Shown here piece by piece: positions 1-12,712 of a stretch of DNA of 38,384 nucleotides (its first letter is position 1; every line of letters starts with the position of its first letter). The notes beneath the pieces are model-generated. The model had not been told where the DNA came from and did not search any database. It saw nothing but the letters and a program-made list of their open reading frames with translations. The stretch covers positions 15,316,387 through 15,354,770 of the forward strand of contig NC_068988.1 of the NCBI RefSeq assembly GCF_001194135.2, read 5' to 3'. The position numbers were made by a program, and so were the translations under genes. The DNA is from Octopus bimaculoides. Its lineage: Eukaryota.

Positions 1-233
1 GCTAAGTTACGGGGGACATAAACGCACCAGCATCGATTGTCAAGCGATGGCGGGGGAGACAAACACGCACACACACACGACAGGCTTCTTTTAATTTCCG
101 TCCACCAAATCCACTCACAAACCTTGGTCAGCCCGAGGCTATAGTAGAAGACACTTGTCCAAGGTGCCACATAGTGGGACTGAACCCGGAACCAGGTGGT
201 TGGGAAGCAAGCTTCTTACCACACAGTCGCGCC

Positions 234-234
<1 letters not shown>
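1..234 (-). mobile_element. tRNA-headed SINE family A (CORE-like), truncated by window start
   Basis: Near-identical to 38064-38384 and similar to 18461-18630, 19440-19751 and 35262-35648. Minus strand has A-box-like GTGTGGTAAGAAGC, B-box-like GGGTTCAGTCCC and CACCTTGGACAAGTG, resembling the CORE-SINE GACCTTGGGCAAGT motif. Confidence 0.85.
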
Positions 235-283
<49 letters not shown>

Positions 284-473
284 TGCGTGCGTGCGTGAGT
301 GCGTGTATGTGTGTGTGTGTATATATATGAATTATTCTTTAACAAGAATAGTGTTGAAGAATAACACAAATGTACTCAATGTATTGAGTTATCTATCAGT
401 GAAATTGTTTTTATTATACATTGACATAAAACAAAAATGTACATAATCATACATACATACATACATACATACA

Positions 474-842
474 ATAAAAACATCAATAAAATGCAGACAT
501 AATAGACCGGATATAGTAATCTGGGTCAGAGAAGAGAAACTGTGTACAGTAGTAGAAATCAGCTGTCCTGCGGATGTCAACATCACACTAAAGATTAGAG
601 AAAAAGTGAACAACTGCGCCGAGCTACTGAGAAATATGCAGATACTCCACCCAGACTACAAGTTCAGATTCATACCAGTGATTGTTGGGGCATTGGGATA
701 TGTAACGAACTGCCTCAACAAAAACCTGGAAAAATTAGGGTTCTCAAAATCTGAAAGAAAAAGGCTGATTAGGAGACTACAGATTCAAGCCATCAATGGA
801 ACTGTAAAGATATGTAAAACTTTCCAAAAATTTAGCACATAA
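474..842 (+). mobile_element. C-terminal restriction-like endonuclease fragment of an R4/Dong-like non-LTR retrotransposon
   Basis: The frame extends upstream of the listed ORF: KCRHNRPDIVIWVREEKLCTVVEISCPADVNITLKIREK...IPVIVGALG...QIQAINGTVKICK. It has the RPD...(D/E) nuclease signature and the IPxxxGALG motif of RLE-type elements. Confidence 0.8.
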
Positions 843-2239
843 ATACATATGCATGCATCTANNNNNNNNNNNNNNNNNNNNNNNNNNNNNNNNNNNNNNN
901 NNNNNNNNNNNNNNNNNNNNNNNNNNNNNNNNNNNNNNNNNNNNNNNNNNNNNNNNNNNNNNNNNNNNNNNNNNNNNNNNNNNNNNNNNNNNNNNNNNNN
1001 NNNNNNNNNNNNNNNNNNNNNNNNNNNNNNNNNNNNNNNNNNNNNNNNNNNNNNNNNNNNNNNNNNNNNNNNNNNNNNNNNNNNNNNNNNNNNNNNNNNN
1101 NNNNNNNNNNNNNNNNNNNNNNNNNNNNNNNNNNNNNNNNNNNNNNNNNNNNNNNNNNNNNNNNNNNNNNNNNNNNNNNNNNNNNNNNNNNNNNNNNNNN
1201 NNNNNNNNNNNNNNNNNNNNNNNNNNNNNNNNNNNNNNNNNNNNNNNNNNNNNNNNNNNNNNNNNNNNNNNNNNNNNNNNNNNNNNNNNNNNNNNNNNNN
1301 NNNNNNNNNNNNNNNNNNNNNNNNNNNNNNNNNNNNNNNNNNNNNNNNNNNNNNNNNNNNNNNNNNNNNNNNNNNNNNNNNNNNNNNNNNNNNNNNNNNN
1401 NNNNNNNNNNNNNNNNNNNNNNNNNNNNNNNNNNNNNNNNNNNNNNNNNNNNNNNNNNNNNNNNNNNNNNNNNNNNNNNNNNNNNNNNNNNNNNNNNNNN
1501 NNNNNNNNNNNNNNNNNNNNNNNNNNNNNNNNNNNNNNNNNNNNNNNNNNNNNNNNNNNNNNNNNNNNNNNNNNNNNNNNNNNNNNNNNNNNNNNNNNNN
1601 NNNNNNNNNNNNNNNNNNNNNNNNNNNNNNNNNNNNNNNNNNNNNNNNNNNNNNNNNNNNNNNNNNNNNNNNNNNNNNNNNNNNNNNNNNNNNNNNNNNN
1701 NNNNNNNNNNNNNNNNNNNNNNNNNNNNNNNNNNNNNNNNNNNNNNNNNNNNNNNNNNNNNNNNNNNNNNNNNNNNNNNNNNNNNNNNNNNNNNNNNNNN
1801 NNNNNNNNNNNNNNNNNNNNNNNNNNNNNNNNNNNNNNNNNNNNNNNNNNNNNNNNNCAGTGGCGTCTCCGGTACTCGGGCTCTTTGGGCTTAACCCGAG
1901 TACAAAATTTAGTAAAGTGAACGTGTTTTTGTATTTGCAAGCTGATTTAATTTCTGCCACTACTGACTTCAAGTATGTCAATAACTAAGGCTCCTTTTAT
2001 TAAGCATGGTCGCAGTTCATTTACTTTCGTTCAGCGTCTGGCGGTCGCCTTATAGTTGTCCTGTGTCCAAAAATATCATTCCTAGCGAACGTTCTCTCTA
2101 CATCTTTCACACGCGCCTGACTCGAGCTCAGATATTACAGTCCAAGTTGTTATCTATAATCGTAAAAATTACAAGTAATTCAGATTGAATGTTTTCTTGA
2201 AACAATAAATCACTATAGAGGTTAGTATTTAAATTCCAA

Positions 2240-2241
2240 TG

Positions 2242-2274
<33 letters not shown>

Positions 2275-2289
2275 GTGTGTATATATATT

Positions 2290-2350
<61 letters not shown>

Positions 2351-2498
2351 ATACGTGTATATATATGTATGTATATATATGTAGATATATGTATGTATAT
2401 ATATATATATGTACATATGTATGTATATATGTATATATATATATATATATGTGTATATATATACATATATATTATATATATATTTGTATGTGTGTATG

Positions 2499-2532
<34 letters not shown>

Positions 2533-2565
2533 AGTATATATGTATGTGTATATATATATATGTAC

Positions 2566-2637
<72 letters not shown>

Positions 2638-2650
2638 CTTACACACAAAT
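2240..2650. repeat. Compound (TA)n/(TG)n microsatellite
   Basis: Direct reading; source of the YIYI ORFs. Confidence 0.97.
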
Positions 2651-3473
2651 ATATATGCATGTATACATATGCGTGTGTATGTTCATTCATACACACACGC
2701 ACTCGCATAGATAGGCGTACACACATATCCACACGCATACAGGAACATGAATACTCAGATTACAGTAATATATACACATTTTCTTTCAAAAGTCACAATG
2801 ATATTTCTGTCGACTCGTCCTCTCAGAATCTAGGTTGTATATGTCGATCCTTATCTGTCTAAAATGTCTGTCTAGTTTTCTTATGACAGTATTTATTACT
2901 AACGATCGCCTTTGAATCCGAGGTTTCATGTTACAAATATTAAAAGAAAACCGGTTCAGCTGTATCACAATTCAATAAAAATAACGATATTATGGGGTAT
3001 ATTTATGAGGCCAGTGGTTAAGGTGTTTCGCTTGGGTTCATAGGATCGTGGATATAATTGCTGTATCAGGTAGGGAATTGCGTCCTTAAGGCATTTCATC
3101 TCACTCAGCTGTGAATGATTACAAGCTGGGTGCTGGAGTAACCCTCTCTCCCCTTACAGTAGAACATTCTGGATGTTTCTCAAGGTGAGGGGCTTAGGTG
3201 GCTGAAGAACCTGAGACGGGCCAAGTGTGAGGGTCTGTATCTCTTTCATACTCATTTAAAAACAATTAACGAAGAATTCTCAAAATAAAAGAGAAAATAA
3301 GAAAAATTAAGAAACGCAAAATAATATGTAATAAATATCCTCATTTCAAATCAAAGGGGAAAAAATGCAAATATTTGAGACGAAGAGTGGATTGGTTATT
3401 TTTTTTAAGAAGCAATTGTTATATACATGTATGTGTGTGTGTGTATATATATTTTTTATTTTTTGTGCTACAG

Positions 3474-3653
3474 GAATGTCCTATGAGGAAAACTTTGAAC
3501 GTTCTCAAGACATATGCTTCGGAAGAGCGAGCGAGCACAAATTTGATTGGACGTCCATTTGAAGAGATACCTGGACCTAAAGGGTTACCAATCTTAGGAA
3601 CGCTTCTCGATTATTTCAAGAAAGATGGTTTGTCCTTCACAAAAATGTTTGAG
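3474..3653 (+). CDS. CYP10: CYP10 visible exon 1 (ECPMRKTLNVLKTYASEERASTNLIGRPFEEIPGPKGLPILGTLLDYFKKDGLSFTKMFE)
   Basis: Acceptor ttttgtgctacag ends at 3473; donor GAG|gtgagt at 3654; PGPKGLP hinge; in-frame ATG at 3483. Confidence 0.9.
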
Positions 3654-6600
3654 GTGAGTTTGAAATTTATGGCAAATTCGGCACGGTTGCGGCGTTTGCA
3701 CTGTCGTCTTCATTGTTGTCATCATCGTCATCATCTTTGTCATCATCGTCATCATAAACATCATGATGTTGATGATCATGATCATGTTGTTGTCGTCGTC
3801 GTCGTCGTCATAATCATCATCATCATCAACAACGTCTTTTACACGTACTACACAAAGATGGAATGCGGTTGCCTAACTTTATGTCTAACTTTAATGTGCC
3901 GTTCTATCTCCGTCTCTTTCTTCCTGCTTTTTTAAAATGTCTGTATTCCTGTGTGATTCTATTTCTCCCTTTACTTTTCTGCCAGAACATTCTAGACTTC
4001 TTGTTGAGGTTCACATTTTCCATGCAACGTATTAACTTAGAACAATTTAAATTATTATACATTGATAGTTTAAATTCGTCTGAACGAATCTAAACAACAT
4101 TATAACTGCTGTGTCCAACGAATAGAAAGCAAAAATGTATACCTTGAGTTAATATGATTTCATCTTATTTTTTCGTTCAGGCTTACAACAAAAGAGCACT
4201 AGAATATGGTCCAATATTTCGAGAACAGATCACAACAGTAAAAACAGTAGTAATAAGTGATCTAGATGAATATAGCAAAGTTATCAAAGCTGAAGGCCGC
4301 TTCCCACATCGACGAGAAATGGAACCAATGATGTACCACCGTCATCAACGAGGAGTTGATCTTGGATTAATCAACTCGTAAGAAAATTTATTTAGTTCAT
4401 TACTTATCTATTTACTCGAATATAATGCTGTCTTGAATATAATATGAGCTCCCGCTTCTGTACCAAAAAATCGATAAAATATTTCGTCCTCTTATTTTTT
4501 TCCACACGAAGTATAGTGTCAATACGTATATTTGTATATATTGTGTAAATATCTTATACGCTTATTTAATCTTACTGTTTTGCATTAAGGTTCTTGCATT
4601 GTACATAAATATATGTGGTAATCGCGTGCTTAATCCTTGAAATAATTTCTAAATGGATATTAGCCTAAATCCAGTCTTAATTATATTAAGCAAGAAGGGA
4701 TCTCCTTAGATAATCTTCAAGACAGTATAGTGGCTTAAATAAATGTAGTTACTATAAATAGATTTATTTAAGCAATCACACGGACTTTTACTGGTTTGCT
4801 TCTGACTTTGGATTTTATTTAATATCCAGGTAGTCTCCTAAGGAAAGGATTTTTTAGTCTATCGCAGTTCATTCTATCTTGTTAGTATTTATACATATCT
4901 TATTAACCTCTAAGAAGAAAGAGATAGACTGCGAAGTGGACACCGCACAGAGAAACAAACTCTGACTTCGTAAACATCATTTTCTTCTCTCTAACCTATT
5001 TGAGTACATTCCTGGAATATCTCTGCGATTGTAAATAGGTTATTCTTTAAAATGCATCTTTTGTTTTATCCCTTGTAGTCAGATAAAATAGCTGAGATTA
5101 CTGGATGAATTATTTGTTTTGTTTGGACAACATGGAAAGAAGGTAGTACCCATAATCCTTTAGAAAGCCCCCGATTCTGGTGTGAGTGAGGAAAGAAGTT
5201 ATATTCGAACTGCAGACTTGGTCCGAATATTTGCAACATAGAGGTGCAAGGTGCCAGGAAGCGGTGTTAAACTGGATGGCAGGTTAAGTTTACTATCCAA
5301 GCAAGTCATGACAGAATTTGAATTCTAAGCGTCTAGGGCAGAAACGAATACTGCAATGTATCTGGTTCGATTCTATCACACTTCCACCAATTCAATGCTC
5401 CGGACTGAATTTTTTTTATCAATCCCTAAAGTTGACTTTGGCAGGATTTGAACTCAGAACATGGAGATTCGATATAGATTCTGTGATACATTCTCTATTC
5501 ATCGCTCTAATGACTACCATTTTGCCTTTTATTAGAATAATGGCTTTTATGCTGTTCAAAATTTGTCCGGCTTATGCAGAAGGGAAGTAGTGTACTGTTC
5601 CTGTTCTTTTAGAGAACTTTAAGAAATGAGATGGTTTCTACTATGTATTGAAAATCGCTGTATTTCAACCGTTTTTCTAATGCTTAGAATGTATATGTTT
5701 ATATGTATATATTACGTTGCTCTAGTCAACTCTGCTGACTAAAAGAAAAAAAAAAAAGATCATCGAAATCTTTGGAGTTGTTTTTAAAATCAACCATTTA
5801 TCTATGTATGTTGTAGGCAAGGCGAAGAATGGCACAAATACAGATCAGTGCTGAGCCGAAAACTTCTTCTCAGTAAAGAGATACAGCAGCATTGTTCAGC
5901 GATGGACGCAGTTGCCAATGATTTCATCACCAGACTTGACTTGTTACAACAGTCGGAAAGTGGAGAAGTGCATAATTTAGAACATGAAATTTTCAAGTGG
6001 TCTATGGAGTGTAAGTATTACGTAACTTCATAGGTAGAAGTAATAGGTGTTGATGATGATGGTGAGAATGCTAAAAGAGCTTCATGTAATGCTGGTTGTT
6101 ATTTAGTTTCAAGTCAGCACTGACTGAGAAGATCGCTGATTAAAGGGGCTTATTCTATAACCATCCTGACATTTTGTTTAGGACTGTAGTAACCAATGTG
6201 CCCATTTTAAGGACAAGGTGGTGTGAATTGAGGGAATTTGGTTGCCGACTGAGCGATCGTGTAACAGCTCCCAAGAAGTGGTAGTTGGTTGTGGTGGCGG
6301 TCGAACCAAGGAGACTTTGTTTTCATTGGTTTCTCAAATTGCTGTTACTATCAGTCAGTCTCAACTTCTGACAGACGAGTCACCGCTATTCGGTGATTAG
6401 GCGAAATTTGAACTCAGAATGCAGGGACCCGGTACAGATACCACAAGCCATTTCGTTTGACCCTTTAACAGTCTCGCCAACGCGCCGCCCTGGACTATAA
6501 TTTTTTTTTTATCTGCACCGAATTTGCAACGTCTCAATATCTAAAAGTTAAATTAAGTAGTTGAATAAATAATGGGATTATTTGACGACAAATATTCCAG

Positions 6601-8305
6601 TTATTTAACCAACTGAGCACTTTGCTCATTTCATTAGTTAACATATATATGATCAAACACAGAGACCGGTTTTAGTCTGCGTCTGCAAGACTTGGACTAT
6701 TTCGTAAAATCGATAATAAAAAATAAGTGCATTGTGCCGTGGGGAATGGGAAATCCAACGCTTCTGACAGCCCTTCTTCAAGAAAAAGTTGATAGAAGAA
6801 ATATGAATTTCTCACTTTATCGATTTTACGAATTAGTAAATAGCTGCCTATTTCACAGATACTTGTACCCTTAACTTAATTCTCAATCAGAATCAGCTTC
6901 ATCTTCTGTATGACCAGGCTGGAGCAGAATGTCCGTGCTGACAACAGAAACAGTCAATTTTATAGTATTTTGAGAAGGATTTACACTAGAAGTACCGATC
7001 AGTCATTTATGACCGCTTTTGCTTTTTACTTTTTAATTTCTTCTACTGTATTGAATGTGCAAACATGAGCATCAGTTCAAATATATATATATATAACATG
7101 CAAACAAACATGCAGACAAAGCAACCAGGACTCCAGGCCTTTTGTGTATGTACCACATACACAAAATAGCATTAGAAGGCAAAATACGCGTATGCTACAT
7201 CGATGCTTTCACTGCGATAGAAACCAGAAAACCAAGACAAAATGGTGTATAAACCCGAGGCACACAGAACTGCTTTGGTAATGAAGTGAATGAACGCAAT
7301 AAAAAAAGAGACTACAGAATAACTACGACAACGACGATGACGGCGATAACTACCAGGGAGACGATGATGATGATTTATTTTATGGGCCATTGGGACCCAA
7401 GTTAGTGAAAACAAAACAAGGGTGAAATAAGCATACATAAAAAAAAATGTTGGGTTTTCTACGTGTAAAAGAAAAATTAACAAAGACAACGAACAGCAAT
7501 AAAATTGCAAAAACGAAAACATTCTAATTGGGAAAAATTAGTTTGGGTAATTCGTGGGGAAAAAACCCTACATATAGGCTGGGAATAAGAAAAGTAGCTT
7601 GGGTAATTCGAGGTAAAATCCAATACAAAGGCTATGTTTACTCTGCAGTATCCAAGACATCAAAAGCACTCCCTTTCCAGCTTCTTTCTCCCTCTTTAGA
7701 CGAATATACTCAGAGTAGACCCATTCAGCTTCATCCGTGATCTAACTTCTGTTAAACACTCAAGAAAGCAGAATCTCCCTCTCAACTCTGACCAGTCTCT
7801 TCTAGTGGTACTTGAAGAAGTTTATGAGAGCTTGACTAGAAAGGAAAATACCTGTTTTCAAGCCTTTCAGATGAGTCCATCACAAAACACTTTTCACTAC
7901 ACTGACCAAGCAGAGGATGGGTAGCCGTCGTTCCTGCTAAAGAAAGGTGTTGGATTGATTTTTTAAACATAATAACGATGTTCGGGGCATTGCTTTTCCT
8001 AGTTCAGTTATTTCTATGATTCTAAATGTTACCACTTACGTCTGTCGTTATCTATATACACATACAGCAACTTATTCAAATAGTGAAGTGTGTGGATCAA
8101 TTCAATTATTGTATAAATAACTAATTGTGGTTTTAAAAAATGACAGGGTCAGGACACCTAAAGATTTTAATTAATAAACATTAACAAAATGCGAAACAGA
8201 GTAGGGCAATGAGCCTGATCTTTAGTGTTACAGTGATAAATATAGACATTAGCAAACTATGGTTTAAGCGTAATTCCTAGATACTAGAACGGCTACATGC
8301 TTATG

Positions 8306-8402
<97 letters not shown>

Positions 8403-11059
8403 ACACACTTATTGTATGAATGAATATTGAGTGGTGGTGTGATAAATTAAAAGAATGACTATTGTTTTTACTATAGCTGTCGGTACGGTACTTTTTGAGG
8501 AAAGAATCGGCTGTCTGGACCCAGAACCACCAAAATTAGCTTTGGATTTCATCGCTAACCTGGTCGGCTATTTCAAACTGATGCAGCCCTTGATGTACAA
8601 CGCTCCCATTTATAAAATATTCCCTACCAAACAGTGGAATCAGTTCGTGAATTTTGCAGATAATGTGATGAACATAGGAAAAACTTTTGTCGAGAGAGTA
8701 AGTTATAAATATTTCACATGTTATTGCTTAACCCTGGGTCAATCCTGATTGAGTTGATGTATGAACAAAATAGCGAAGAGACATTCCCTCTGTGTTTCAA
8801 TTTTTTAATCGACGCTGTTTCTTCAGGTAGGGCAATGATCTGGTTAATATCTTGAGAAAGCATCTAACGCAGAAATTTTTGTTCATATAGAAATATAGTC
8901 ATCGTAGATATTTAATTTAAAATTTACTTGACAAAATGGGGTAATTTTCTTTGGATAATGAGATGCGATCGTTCCTTGTGCTACAAGTTTACGTTTCAAC
9001 ACGGAATATGGATACTTGAAGGCACACAAGCCACATTATGTTACACGAAGGCATAGGAGGCATGCTATATACTTTGTTTAGATTACATATTTATTTCTTA
9101 TTTTTGTATATCAGTACGACAGAATACCTCGTTAGCGTATTACTATTGTGGAATGATGTATTGCTTACATTTCTTTCCTATCAAGCAGTTTGATATACTT
9201 GCACGTAAATCTATCAGCATACATATCCTGTATGAAATGTAAAACGCATGCACACAGACACACACTATAGGCTCACCCAATATATATATGTGTATTTTTT
9301 CTCGAATTTCGTTGCTAGAAGATAAACAAACTACAGAAAGAGATAGAAGACGGCAATGTCAATACTGAAGAATCCTCTAAATTTCTATCCTACTTACTCA
9401 CCCAAAAATCCTTGTCTCTTTGTGAAGCTACTTCATCTGCAGTTGATCTTCTCAGTGGAGCTGTAGAAACCGTAAGTATTTCTCTATTGCTTATTGCATT
9501 TTATCACTATTTACAGACGTTGAATGATTTGAGTTTATGAGTTTTCAACCTCTCAGTTACATAAGGACCCAAAGACATTTGTCTAAAACGTCAAAAGAAC
9601 AGGTGACCAAATTCCCTTGTAGAATTACGAGCTCGCACCTGGCCACTTCCTCTCCCACATACCTTTCTGCAGAAAAAAACAAAAGAACAGAGACCATTAA
9701 TTGGTTTCTCACAATTAAGAAATACGCACGGTGAATGCAATGAATATAATAAAAATAGGCCTTAAAGCAAGAACAGACATTTTGGTATCACTTGATTTCA
9801 CATTTTGTGTTTCTTAATAGTGAGAAATTTATGGATTTTGAGTGTTAGCTCCTTTTTCTAGCAAGTGGTATTCCAGTACCCTACTTTATATACATACATA
9901 CATACATAATTATATATATANNNNNNNNNNNNNNNNNNNNNNNNNNNNNNNNNNNNNNNNNNNNNNNNNNNNNNNNNNNNNNNNNNNNNNNNNNNNNNNN
10001 NNNNNNNNNNNNNNNNNNNNNNNNNNNNNNNNNNNNNNNNNNNNNNNNNNNNNNNNNNNNNNNNNNNNNNNNNNNNNNNNNNNNNNNNNNNNNNNNNNNN
10101 NNNNNNNNNNNNNNNNNNNNNNNNNNNNNNNNNNNNNNNNNNNNNNNNNNNNNNNNNNNNNNNNNNNNNNNNNNNNNNNNNNNNNNNNNNNNNNNNNNNN
10201 NNNNNNNNNNNNNNNNNNNNNNNNNNNNNNNNNNNNNNNNNNNNNNNNNNNNNNNNNNNNNNNNNNNNNNNNNNNNNNNNNNNNNNNNNNNNNNNNNNNN
10301 NNNNNNNNNNNNNNNNNNNNNNNNNNNNNNNNNNNNNNNNNNNNNNNNNNNNNNNNNNNNNNNNNNNNNNNNNNNNNNNNNNNNNNNNNNNNNNNNNNNN
10401 NNNNNNNNNNNNNNNNNNNNNNNNNNNNNNNNNNNNNNNNNNNNNNNNNNNNNNNNNNNNNNNNNNNNNNNNNNNNNNNNNNNNNNNNNNNNNNNNNNNN
10501 NNNNNNNNNNNNNNNNNNNNNNNNNNNNNNNNNNNNNNNNNNNNNNNNNNNNTATATATATATATATATATATATATATGAACTACAGATAAATGTAGGG
10601 TGTTGTGAATCTAAACTAGCAATTTCCTTTCGAGTGAACTTGAGTTGTTGATTGACAGAAACGTTAAGCTGTCATACAAAATATGTTGTACTATATAGTT
10701 ATGGCCTTTTACGTTTATGAGTCACAATACAACTAAAGTCAACTTCATCATTAATATTTCACCAACTATTACTCAAATATATACACACATACATATATAC
10801 ATACACACATACACACATACACACATACAAATACTTGCTTCAAATTATGTAATAGAATCAGTTCTAGATTAAGATCTTTATTCATAGGACATGCTAAACA
10901 TATGTATATCGTCGAAAGGTCAGAAAGAAAGAAAGAACTCTCTATAGACGTAGTGTGTTAAAAAAACACAAAATATTTCAGAACTAGACAAAACAAAATC
11001 GTCCCCGGAGCGACCGCCAGAGTAACAAATGCACATTTCACAGTTTTTACAGCTTTTTA

Positions 11060-11090
<31 letters not shown>

Positions 11091-12648
11091 NNNNNNNNNN
11101 NNNNNNNNNNNNNNNNNNNNNNNNNNNNNNNNNNNNNNNNNNNNNNNNNNNNNNNNNNNNNNNNNNNNNNNNNNNNNNNNNNNNNNNNNNNNNNNNNNNN
11201 NNNNNNNNNNNNNNNNNNNNNNNNNNNNNNNNNNNNNNNNNNNNNNNNNNNNNNNNNNNNNNNNNNNNNNNNNNNNNNNNNNNNNNNNNNNNNNNNNNNN
11301 NNNNNNNNNNNNNNNNNNNNNNNNNNNNNNNNNNNNNNNNNNNNNNNNNNNNNNNNNNNNNNNNNNNNNNNNNNNNNNNNNNNNNNNNNNNNNNNNNNNN
11401 NNNNNNNNNNNNNNNNNNNNNNNNNNNNNNNNNNNNNNNNNNNNNNNNNNNNNNNNNNNNNNNNNNNNNNNNNNNNNNNNNNNNNNNNNNNNNNNNNNNN
11501 NNNNNNNNNNNNNNNNNNNNNNNNNNNNNNNNNNNNNNNNNNNNNNNNNNNNNNNNNNNNNNNNNNNNNNNNNNNNNNNNNNNNNNNNNNNNNNNNNNNN
11601 NNNNNNNNNNNNNNNNNNNNNNNNNNNNNNNNNNNNNNNNNNNNNNNNNNNNNNNNNNNNNNNNNNNNNNNNNNNNNNNNNNNNNNNNNNNNNNNNNNNN
11701 NNNNNNNNNNNNNNNNNNNNNNNNNNNNNNNNNNNNNNNNNNNNNNNNNNNNNNNNNNNNNNNNNNNNNNNNNNNNNNNNNNNNNNNNNNNNNNNNNNNN
11801 NNNNNNNNNNNNNNNNNNNNNNNNNNNNNNNNNNNNNNNNNNNNNNNNNNNNNNNNNNNNNNNNNNNNNNNNNNNNNNNNNNNNNNNNNNNNNNNNNNNN
11901 NNNNNNNNNNNNNNNNNNNNNNNNNNNNNNNNAAAAATCCACAAGTCCAAGAAGAGATACACAAAGAAGTATGTAAAGTCGTTACCCCAGGAGAAGAACT
12001 GACATCCACGAAACTTGCCAACATACCACTGGTGAAAGCCTGTCTCAAGGAAGCTCTTCGGTAAATATCTTTTACTAGTTGGATTTGTGGAAATTCCACG
12101 GAATGGAAAAAATTAAGTGGACCTGTTTAAGAAAGAAAGGATAATTGGCGTTTTTATAGATTTCATAGTTTAACTTTCTTTAGATATTCTTGACGTTCTT
12201 CTACATTCATTTCCTCACGTCTCCGTCGATGTTGTCTTTTTCCTCTTTTTATTATATCTTCTCGCTGTTCCTCTATGATCCGTACACTATATCAGGCGCA
12301 TCCTTTCTCAGGCAGCCTGCAACCGTGTTTCTTGTGAATCCAGAGTTTAGGCTAAATTAATCCCTACAAACAAATATCAATTTTTTAAGCGAGCAGACAA
12401 TAAATAATTGCACTTATGCACAGGTCGACTTTGCCTTTCATCCTTTCGGGGTCGATTAAATAAGTACCAGTTACGCACTGGGGTCGATATAATCGACTTA
12501 ATCCGTTTGTCTGTCCTTGTTTGTCCCCTCTGTGTGTAGCCCCTTGTGGGTAGTAAAGAAATAGCACATAAGATGGTCGCTATAAAATATTAGTTCAATA
12601 CAAAAAAAAAATACCTTTCAATATCAACACACCACCACCGCTATCTGC

Positions 12649-12712
<64 letters not shown>

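Noticed and set aside
2006-2188. 60-aa ORF as the missing CYP10 presequence exon
   Set aside because: No good phase-0 donor identified and no recognisable similarity; it cannot be supported.
2128-2862. YIYI / CVCV / HTHT ORFs here and throughout the window
   Set aside because: They are translations of dinucleotide and tetranucleotide microsatellites.
2916-2980. Possible third hammerhead remnant (hairpin, GAAAACCGGTT, downstream AATAAA)
   Set aside because: The core reads CCGAGG rather than CUGANGA and stem I does not pair. Too degenerate to call, though worth including in a consensus search.
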